Assembly (NCBI RefSeq): GCF_000400465.1
Contig: NW_008806276.1
Coordinates: 420,001-452,000 of the forward strand
Source: Wallemia ichthyophaga EXF-994
Taxonomy: Eukaryota > Fungi > Basidiomycota
Reading direction: 5' to 3'
DNA: 32,000 nt
The position numbers were made by a program, and so were the translations under genes. This document shows positions 11,014-20,360 of this stretch, piece by piece. The notes under the pieces were generated by a model. It was given only the letters and a program-made list of their open reading frames with translations. It searched no databases and was not told where the DNA came from. Each line of letters starts with the position of its first letter. Positions within the stretch are counted from its first letter, which is position 1.

Positions 11014-12635
11014 TCACATCAGGTAATCGTTTAGTCTCCTCAACGACACCCGTGAGGGGTTCGTCGTTGGGTAGGCATTGATCAGCCACTGAAGCCGCGT
11101 ATTGATTGTCGCTTTCGTTATCTCTACTGGCTGGTTAGTGGGTGTATTGCAGTGGTGTGTTTTTCTACTCACCCCCCGCTTTACACTGGCGCTCCCCGTT
11201 CTCGTCGAAAAATAGCGTCGCAGCAGCCACGCACACGGCCGAAGCGAGATCAGTACCACCGCTAGCATCGCTGACAGCTATACGGCGGCCATTATCAAGC
11301 TGCTGCCTCACAAACAACATGACATGGGGAAGTTGTCCCAAAAACTGTTTCTGCGCCTGCTTGGATGATCTGGGGAGCTGGACATGGAGAGTGTGAGTGG
11401 AGCGCGGCGGAGGCTGTGGTGTAAGAGCGACGAGAGCGATATCCGATGGCAACGATGAAGCCGCATCGCACTCAGCAGGGAAGATAGCACCTGCGAGAAA
11501 GGCGCGCGTGTCGTTACTGTCTCCTACACGGACGCTGTGGGTGGATGTGGAAGTGCTGCGCGCGAGATGCTCAGCTGCAACGGCAGCCACTCGCTCGTCG
11601 AGCAATTCTCTCGGACAGTTGAGAAGCTCATGGCGATTTGCCCAGAAACACTCCGGTGTCAAACCGCCCGACCACAGCTCATGATCGTCGCCGCTGCCCT
11701 GCACATACTCACCCCACTCAAGGCTCTCTGTCTCGTCGGGAACGTAACGCGATGCCGAGACACAGATGAGCGGGTAGAAGTCGAGAGTGGCCTTGTTGAA
11801 ATCGGGTAGTTGCTCAGTCGCAGGATGAACGAATATCGGCCGTATGGGCTTGTCGAGGTGGTGAGTGAGCTGTAAAGCTGAGTCTCGTAGATTGTTAGTC
11901 CATGTGCGTAGCTGGTCGCGGATGCACTGCTGCTCTGAATCGCTTACAGCCTGCGCGGGCGTGTGCAGAAGCGTTTCGGGTGGCGTACCTAGCATCGCCG
12001 CACTCACTACCGCACACCAAATGGGGATCGTCTTGGATATAGCATCCGGGTACCGCTGCTGGCGTTGTCATGTAAAGTGATGGAGATAAAATTTTAACCC
12101 ACCTTGCCCCTGCGCGTTGAATCAACAATGACGAGTCTGTTGAGAGAGAAAGTGAGTTGGGTGTTAAATCCTGCCACAACACATACCCCCCGCTAGCCAC
12201 TATATGATTCACGAGATGCAAATTGGGACGCCTGAGGGAGAAGGACCATGCGTGGGTGTGTCCGTCCGTGGACTTGAAGTAGGCGTATATGTCAGCTCTG
12301 TAGGAGTCCTGAGAAAGCACGTGTGTGTGAGCGTATGAAAGTATCAGCTGCGACTGCGATTACCACAGCACTAACCATGCTCGGATCCATGTACCACACT
12401 CCGCAACGCTGATTGGCTGGCTGGGGTGAGCCGATGGCGTGCGTGATGCCGTACACACCCACCAATGGCAGGATACGCTTTATATGTTGCTGTGACCATG
12501 CGCACGAACTGTGCATCGCTGTACTCAGCGTCAGCGGTGGAGCAGCCCAATGCACCCGAAACTCAACTGGAAAATAGAGTGCAGCCTGTTGTAACACGTA
12601 TTTTGATATTTGATCAATTCTCGCCCGGAAATCAT
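11014..12635 (-). CDS. RIT1: Initiator tRNA A64 2'-O-ribosylphosphate transferase, 6 introns
   Basis: Spliced motifs YNRLHSI, ANQRCGVWY, AYFKSTDGHTHAWSFSLRRPNLHL, IVDSTRRGK|RYPDAISKTIPIWCAV and the C-terminal NPSRVSLRRLNDYLM*. The start could alternatively be the in-frame ATG at 12665. Confidence 0.9.
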
Positions 12636-12663
12636 GAAAATTTCTTGGTATTTTGCAATCAAC

Positions 12664-15546
12664 ATGTCGAGCTGGCAGCCACAGCCTGAGGGATTAGAGC
12701 AATTGCTCAGTCTGCTGAGAGACTCGCTCAGTCCAAATACGCAAGTGCAGCAAGCCGTTACGCAGGTGAGAGGGATTGGTGGTTGGTCGATAGACGCACG
12801 CTCACTCACCCATCACGCCAGCGACTGGAAACATTCAACGCTATCCCAGACTACAACAGCTACCTCGCTCACGTACTCATCAAACAGCCCCAACAAGAAG
12901 AACGCGTTAGATCAGTTGCTGGTCTCATTCTCAAGAACAACATCAAATTTGGGTGGAAATCTTGGCCAGGCGACAGCCAGGAATACGTTAAATCTATCCT
13001 CGTCGATGGTATCAGTGATCCCGCTGTCATGGTCAGGTCTACCACTGGTACGGCTATCGTGGCAATCCTCGAAGAATGCGGCCCTGAGAACTGGCCTTTA
13101 GCCCTCTCACGCTTAATGGCGTCCATTGACTCATCCAGTATCCAAGAGCAGGAGGGTGCTTTCAGCACGCTGGCCAAAGTTTGCGAGGATATGTACAAAA
13201 AGCTTGACTGCGAAATAGCTGGTGTGAGACCACTTGACTTTATGATTCCGAAATTCATCCAGATGCTCAATCATCAGTCGGCTAAAGTTAGGATACACGC
13301 TTTGTCGTGTTTGAACAGTTTCATACCGACCCAGTCAGCTAGCTTTCTCGCCAGTATCGATCACTTCATTGCTGCCCTCTTCCAAAGAGCGTCTGACGGT
13401 GTGCCCGAAGTTAGGCAGCATGTTTGCTCGGCACTCGTTCGCTTGCTTGCGTCTCGCCCAGACAAACTCACCCCTGAGATGAACAATGTCGCCACTTTTA
13501 TGCTCTACTCGACTCAGGACAAGAATGAGGAAGTTGCACTCGAGGCTTGCGAGTTCTGGCTCACTTTTGCTGAAGAAAATCACCTTATTGATCATCTTAG
13601 ACCTCTGCTCGACAGAGTCGCACCAGTTTTGCTCAACACTATGGTGTATTCTGATACGGAACTTGTCATTCTTCAGGCAGACGAAGACGACGACGATGCC
13701 GCTGTTCCTGACAAAGACTCGGACATTAAACCTCACATCTACGGGGGCAAAACACACACGCAATCGTCTGAAAATGACAATCAGCATCAGAAAATGGGCA
13801 GAGATGCAGAGATTCCATCAGATGAAGAAGATGAAGAAGACTTTGATGAACTTGACGATGATGAACTCACATCGGAATGGACTTTGAGAAAGTGCTCAGC
13901 AGCTGCCTTAGATATCCTTTCAATCAACTTTCCAGTAGAACTGCTTAACATCCTGCTTCCATATTTGAAAGAAAGGCTCTTTTCTCAGGATTGGCTACAG
14001 AAGGAGTCAGCTATTCTTGCACTCGGTGCTATAGCAGAAGGATGTATCGAAGGCATACAACCACACCTCCCACAACTCGTCCCATACTTGGTTAACTCAC
14101 TTAATGACTCAAAGCCTCTGATCCGCTCTATCTCGTGTTGGGCTCTGGCTCGCTATTCTAGCTGGTCAGTACAACCCATCTCTGTTGAACACAGAAACAA
14201 CTATTTCGTGCCAACGATGGAGGGATTGTTGAGAATGGTCCATGACAAAAACAAGCGTGTACAGGAAGCTGGTTGCTCCGCTTTCGCTACTCTCGAAGAA
14301 GAGGCAGGTAAGGAGTTGGAGCCGTTCCTCAAACCTATTATAGAACACCTAGTTTATGCATTTCAAAAGTATCAGAGGAAGAATTTACTCATACTTTATG
14401 ATGCGATTGGTACACTTGCAGATGCGGTGACAAGCGCACTCGATAATGAAGAATACGTGACGTTGTTGATGCAACCACTTATTGATAAATGGCAAAATCT
14501 AGCCGATGATGATGAAGACATTATTCCTCTCTTCGAGGTGAGTTTTTGGTGTTATTAACTGACGCCTTTGTTAAGACCCTCTTCAGTGCTTATCTTCATT
14601 AACTGTGGCCGCTGGTTCTAGTTTCATTAAATTCGCTCAGCCGGTTTACGAGAGATGCTCACGGATAGTGCATGGAAATCTCATGCAATTTCAAACAGCC
14701 GTAGAACAAAATGACGAAGACAATATACCTGATAGAACATTTATTATAGTCGCATTGGATTTAATTTCAGGTATGATTCAAGGATTGGGTAGTAATGCTC
14801 AGGAGTTGATAATAGCCAATCAATCCACATCATCAACACCATCATTACTTAATCTATTATTATTCTGTTTGAAGCATCCAGACAGTGCTGTTAAACAATC
14901 AGCATATGCTTTAGTTGGAGATTTGGCGGTTAGTTGCTTCCCAATACTAATTCCAGTCCTTGGTACACTACTTCCTGATCTTATTCAACAAATTGAGATT
15001 GCACCAACGACGGATGCTATTTCAGTTTGTAATAATGCTGCATGGGCAGCAGGAGAGATAGCGACATCGTACACCAACTACCCAGACCTCAACAAGGATG
15101 ATTTTATCAAGTATGTTCCATCGTTGACTGAAAGATTGGTACCAATACTATTACATCCAAAGTCTGTCAAGTCTTTAGCGGAAAATGCGGCTGTTACAAT
15201 TGGTAGAATTGGATTGGTTTGTCCAGAGATTGTAGCTCCACATTTGCAAGTATTTGCAGCGCAATGGTGTGAGTCATTGTGGGAGATAAAAGATAATGAA
15301 GAGAAAGATAGTGCGTTTCGAGGATTTTGTAAGCTAGTTCAACTCAATCCATCAGGATTAGCGACTAGCTTCCAATTCTTCTGTAATGCAGTAGTAAGAT
15401 GGACATCACCATCGGCCGTGTTGAATGAGCAATTTAACGCACTACTCCATTCATTCAAGGCTGCTGCAGGTGTTAGTTGGGACGCACAAATGACAGCTTT
15501 GCCTCAACCTATCTCGACGAGACTGAGGGAGCGTTACGGTTTGTAG
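12664..15546 (+). CDS. KAP104: Transportin-1 / karyopherin beta-2, 2 introns
   Basis: MSSWQPQPEGLEQL, RSVAGLILKNNIK, VALEACEFW, the acidic H8 loop, WTLRKCSAAALD and ENAAVTIGRIGLVCP. Introns are at 12766-12821 and from about 14538 (GTGAGT..CAG). Confidence 0.95.
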
Positions 15547-15780
15547 ACACAGCAAAACCGCGCTACTATTGCATTTCGTTTGAATCTTTTCATTCTTTTG
15601 GATACCCTGAGACGCACATGAAGATTTGAATCATTTTAAACATGTCAACCTCTTTGACGTTAAGGTAACGATGTGATTGAACTCATTGACACTCTTTTAA
15701 AAAGTCAACCAAGTGATGAGACAAATCTAAAACATTTTTCAATTTTTCATGAGAATACATTATCTTTAAACTACACGCTG

Positions 15781-16524
15781 ATGACGATGAGTGAAGGGAA
15801 TATGAGGAGCGTTGGGAGTGGAAAGGAAGGAGTGATTAGGAAGACAGCGTACAACACACGGTACACACTGGCAGAGATAGCGAGGCTTTTGAGAGAACTA
15901 CTTGTCACGCCCAGTCCACGTATGAACATGCTCGGGATAAGTGTGGAGATGCTCGAGCACACGAATGTGCTGCGTTGTTACCTGACAGGGGTGTGTGAGG
16001 AGATAAACAAAGTAAACGGGATCGACGACGAGCAACGCGCGGCAATTGACGAGATAATTACGACGCACAGGGATCACAAATACGCATCCAAGTATAACAT
16101 AGCAGTCAAGGCGATCAAAATGCTGGTGAGTGGGGTGTATGAGGATAACATTCACCCAGCTCACAGCACACAGCACATACACGAGACGAACCTCACCGAA
16201 CTGACACCTAAACGGCCTGAAACGGTCAAGCTGCGCGACAAGTACCTCCCGCACAAAGACGAGAATGGCGCAGAAAGGAACGAGATATACTACTACGCTA
16301 TCAAGGCTAAGAAGATGGTGAATGAGTGCAGGAGAGTGGGTTTGGGAGACAAGGAAGTCCTGGAGAGGCTGTATGGGAATGAAGAGCTGTCGCGGCGGAA
16401 GAGGGAGATTATCGATATCGCACTGCCTTTCTTGCAGAAGTACCTCGATCGATGTGAGCATGATTGGGTGTATGTCACTTCGAGATTCAATCTGATCGAG
16501 AGGGGGAATGGAGAGAGCGATTGA
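15781..16524 (+). CDS. Intronless orphan protein of unknown function (247 aa from the first ATG)
   Basis: Stop-free frame 15673-16524 with the first ATG at 15781. Codons are purine-rich, the sequence is normal-complexity and helical-looking, and I recognise no family. Confidence 0.7.
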   Translation: MTMSEGNMRSVGSGKEGVIRKTAYNTRYTLAEIARLLRELLVTPSPRMNMLGISVEMLEHTNVLRCYLTGVCEEINKVNGIDDEQRAAIDEIITTHRDHKYASKYNIAVKAIKMLVSGVYEDNIHPAHSTQHIHETNLTELTPKRPETVKLRDKYLPHKDENGAERNEIYYYAIKAKKMVNECRRVGLGDKEVLERLYGNEELSRRKREIIDIALPFLQKYLDRCEHDWVYVTSRFNLIERGNGESD

Positions 16525-16737
16525 AGATATAGACAGCACCAGCATGAAGCTTGAGAGTTGAAGCTCGAGGGTATTTCTGTGTTTGTGTCTGTCTATTTCC
16601 ATATCCCTATCCATGTCTTAGTCAGGCGATACCTCACCAAATCCCTCTGTTTGCTGTAATTTAACTGTATTTAGCTGTAAATGTATAATGCGAGCCGATT
16701 CTGTGGTTTTGTGCACCTTTTCTATCCAAACCATCAA

Positions 16738-17676
16738 ATGGATCTCAGCACGACAATTAACTTCACCCACCCGCAGTATGCACCAGTAGATGAGAAATGC
16801 AGGCGATTTGCCCATGTAACTTGGTTAGACAGCGGCAGGGATATGTATTTGCGACCGGAGAGGGTAACGGTGCATGACCTCACACCGCGACTGGGAGAGC
16901 TGCGAGCGACGCCGGCTAGCACACAGCTAGATGATCGTGGCTATGCGGTTGTGCAGTCAGCCCCGCGCGCCAGTCTCGAGCCACTAGACGAGCAGGGATG
17001 TATAGCGGAAGTGCGAGAGTGCGTATCTATTACGTTACAAGCCACACTCTAACAAACTCCCGTAGACTCCTCATGCATCAATTGCAAGCTGAGCAAGTCC
17101 TCGTATGGAATCTGCAGCATAGGTGGGTGTCATGGGCAGGTTTTCAATAATTGGTAATTGATAATTGGAAATAGGGACGGTAGTGGACATAATGATGCTG
17201 AAGGCACACTGGGCACTGACGCTGCACCTACTGATCCCGTTCCGGCTTACAGAGCTCACGTCGATCAGGACGCGAAGCGCGCGTGGGAACATATACAGCG
17301 CGAGCTGGGAGAGCTCCCCGATAATGCTACCCGGCGAGTGCAAATTATAAATGTTTGGAGACCCTGCTTCGACGGCGTCGTAGACGTCCCGCTCGCGGTG
17401 TGCGATGGTAACACAGTCTCACACTCTGATCTGGGCCATACTACGGATTTCTTCGGTAGCCATTATAGTATTCTCCACAATAGCTCTCAGAGGTGGAGCT
17501 ATATTCGCGATCAGAACAGCCACGACGTCTTCTTTCTGCGCTGTTTTGATAGCCTCGATGGAGATGGCGGGAGAGCGAGGTTTGTGCCACACACAGCTGT
17601 CGAGGATAGGAGCAGAGAGTGTTTCAAGTCACGTCAAAGTGTGGAATTGAGGTGTATTGTTGTTACAAGAATGTAG
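16738..17676 (+). CDS. AsaB/NvfI/CmcJ-like (GA4-desaturase family) putative Fe(II)/2-oxoglutarate oxygenase, 2 introns
   Basis: Family motifs RAHVDQ (HxD), RVQIINVWRP, DVPLAVCD, RCFDS, VPHTAV (distal His) and RQSVELR. Two canonical introns (EVRE|LLMHQ; LQHR|DGSG) join the three supplied ORF pieces. Confidence 0.8.
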
Positions 17677-17681
17677 ATAAT

Positions 17682-18598
17682 CTAGTTTTTGGAGTTGTAT
17701 CTCACTTTCCTGCCCATATCAAAGGGGATGTAACGGTACTTTATCATGTGTCTGTGGAGGTGCTGTGAGTAAATGTTTGTACTGCCAAACTCGTCACCCA
17801 CTCAATCTGTCTCCTCATGGTGAGAGAAAAGAGGATAAAGAAGTAAAGAAGGAGGATTGGCCAGTATACAGGGATATCAGTTGCTTGGGTAGTGGTGCAG
17901 AGAAGTGATACTACTATGGCGCGTGTGGCAGAGTACCTGGAAGAGTATTTAGAAATGTCTCAGAGCCGACTAACGCGAAACTAACCAAAATTTGAACTCA
18001 GGAAGACGACGTATGAAAGGTCTGAACTCCTCGTCTTGATCCATAACACCACCTGCGCCAAGACCGTAACCACCGCCGCCGCCGTACGAGTTTGAATGAG
18101 AATCCTCAGCTCCGCCTTCGATATTGTCCATCTGCTCATCTTCTTCGATAGAAGGATCGAATTTGGGTGTGAGGAAGGCTAAGAAAAGGTTGAGCCTGTG
18201 GATGAGTGTCAGTGTCAGAATGTGTCAGAGTGTGTCAATGTAGCTTACAAGTACTGACAAGGTGTAAGTGGGTGTAAGCTATAGAAAATAAACTCACGAT
18301 GAATAAAGCGCTATAAGAAACACCAAGTCAGCCATTAACACGAATCAAAAGACATCAACTAACTAGCAAATGATGTACCATCCGTGCGTTAATAGGATTC
18401 TAGAGCAGAACAAGAATATAATAATTCCAGTTGCAATCCATCTGTGTACAGTGAAAGGGGTGATGATATCCAGATTCCGTTGTATCTGCATTTGTATCTG
18501 ATGTAAATTTACATCGAATTGCTTTTTAAATGTGGATTCTAAGGCTATTTTAGATATGATTTTATTTGTTCAAATATCTCACCTTGAGTTTGATCCAT
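17682..18598 (-). CDS. RER1: ER retrieval receptor Rer1, 6 introns including two micro-exons; not listed in the supplied ORF track
   Basis: Spliced translation gives TPFTVHRW..GWYIICYALFIYLLNLFLAFLTPKFDPS..EEFRPFIRRLPEFKFW..DIPVYWPILLLYFFILFSLTMRRQI|.HMIKYRYIPFDMGRK, with the stop at 17682-17684. Confidence 0.93.
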
Positions 18599-18642
18599 CG
18601 TGCTGGCTGTCACTGACCAAAGAAGACCAATAAGCCGCGTAA

Positions 18643-19199
18643 ATGGATTGGAGTATATTAAAACCTCCATTATCTGTGACACCTACAACGCGTAGAAGAG
18701 GCGTTGCTTTATCACGAGCCAAGGCCAATTTCGCTGCGATTGCTGTGTGGTATGTGATTAGCTGTAGTGAATATTATTATCTATTTATGCTATGGATGAG
18801 GAGTGGTAGAGGTGAATGGGTTGCTGGTGTTTGTAGGTGTATCGTATGGCTTATATAAACCCAACTAAACTTAATCAAGTAACTCTTATTCCCTTCATAC
18901 TAACTTTCAACCTCCTGCAAGCTTTAAGTGTTTTGTTCGACAAGCCAGCTACTAAAACTGAGCCAGCTAAATTATCTCAAGAACAGAAGCACTCTCTCAC
19001 TCCCCGTAAGAACACCAAAATAGATAACTTCAATGGCGATATCCCGTTGACTCCTGGTGATTCTTACAAGCCCAATTTAAATAACAGTTTAAATAGCAGC
19101 TTCAATAGCGCCACTTTCAATCGCAGTACCACAAACTCAAACACTCTAGATACTCCTCAAAAACTCTATCAGCAGCGACATAGAAATGTTAATTTATAA
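18643..19199 (+). CDS. Small two-TM membrane protein with S/T/N/P-rich tail; candidate Pom34-like nuclear pore membrane protein; 1 intron
   Basis: ATG at 18643. A 47-nt GTAGGT..CAAG intron joins two ORFs, giving two hydrophobic segments, then LSQEQKHSL (similar to the LT/SPxQRxLL motif of the Pom34 family) and IPLTP. The family call is tentative. Confidence 0.5.
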
Positions 19200-19274
19200 T
19201 TTATTTATTTTTTCACCCTTATTTTTCATCGAGTATCTTTTTACTTGAACTATTTCCCTATAACCGATAAAGTT

Positions 19275-20231
19275 ATGCTAAGACGTACTGTTATAAACAG
19301 AAGTAATCTGTTATCACATCCACTATCTTTCAATGCTACACGTCGATTTGCATCCAATAACAACAAATCGAACAATTCCTCCGTTACCTCTTCTCAAGAT
19401 GTAGACAGCGCTTCTACACGCCTACAAGCAAAGCAATTACTCGATAGACTTGAATCCTCACGCAGTAGAGGCAATACTGCTGGTCCCTTTGGAGCTGCTA
19501 GCGTTTCTGATGATGACGTGCCCCCAGAGAAGTCCTTTTCTCAACAAAAGTCCTTCAAAGGCAAAGTCGGAAGGGCTACTCAGCAATCATCCAGATTCAC
19601 TGTTATTCTCATTGGTGCATCTGTTACTGGTTTATTGGCCTATACAATGGGTACTGAGTTATTCTCTCCAAACTCTCCTACTAGGATTTATAACCGCGCT
19701 TGCACTTTAATTAGCCAATCAGAAGATATCAGGAAATGGATGGGTGATTCAAAGCTTGGTTTTGCACAAGGTCATGACTCTAGACGGCGGAACCATTCAA
19801 TACAACATGCTACAGCATTTGATGCTTTTGGAAAGGAGCACTTGATAATGAAATTCTTCGTTCACTCCCATCTTCATAGTGAAGACAAGCAGACTTGGAC
19901 CGAGTGGATTGAATCACTTACAGTCACAGATCTAGCCAAGAATGCAAAGAGAAGTGTGCAAACGCTTATTAACCCCGATTTGAGATTCGAAAGCGATGAA
20001 ATTAAGCAAATCGACCAACAACCGCGTAGTACCTGGTTTGGTGCACTCGGTAGTGGCATTAATAGGCTTGGACATCGCCAGAAAGTTGACAAGTCGCAAA
20101 TGTATGATCAAGGACAAGTTTATGCAGATTTAGTCAAGGAAAATGGCTACTTTGAGTGGAATCTACTTTACGTGGATGTTCCACATAGCAGCGCATTCGG
20201 GAGAAAGAGAATATATATAAAACCTACTTAA
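19275..20231 (+). CDS. TIM21: Mitochondrial import inner membrane translocase subunit Tim21; single exon
   Basis: Presequence MLRRTVINRS.., one TM segment (FTVILIGASVTGLLAYTMG), then ELFSPNSPTRIYNRA, GKEHLIMKFFV and LLYVDVP. Confidence 0.9.
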   Translation: MLRRTVINRSNLLSHPLSFNATRRFASNNNKSNNSSVTSSQDVDSASTRLQAKQLLDRLESSRSRGNTAGPFGAASVSDDDVPPEKSFSQQKSFKGKVGRATQQSSRFTVILIGASVTGLLAYTMGTELFSPNSPTRIYNRACTLISQSEDIRKWMGDSKLGFAQGHDSRRRNHSIQHATAFDAFGKEHLIMKFFVHSHLHSEDKQTWTEWIESLTVTDLAKNAKRSVQTLINPDLRFESDEIKQIDQQPRSTWFGALGSGINRLGHRQKVDKSQMYDQGQVYADLVKENGYFEWNLLYVDVPHSSAFGRKRIYIKPT

Positions 20232-20360
20232 AGAGTAATTTTTACAAATACATTGAATACATCATTGCAATTAAATTAATTGATTTTACAGCTTCTTCGT
20301 TATCTCCCTTCATCACCACCCACATACAGGGACGAAACAGAGCGACAACGTTATTTTGAA

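Noticed and set aside
15673-15780. GTG-started extension of the orphan
   Set aside because: Eukaryotic context, AT-rich intergenic-like composition, and an ATG available at 15781.
15547-16737. Transposon or MITE boundaries around the orphan
   Set aside because: Only 5-bp GTCAA/TTGAC mini-hairpins were seen. I found no terminal inverted repeats, target-site duplication, or transposase or RT motifs.
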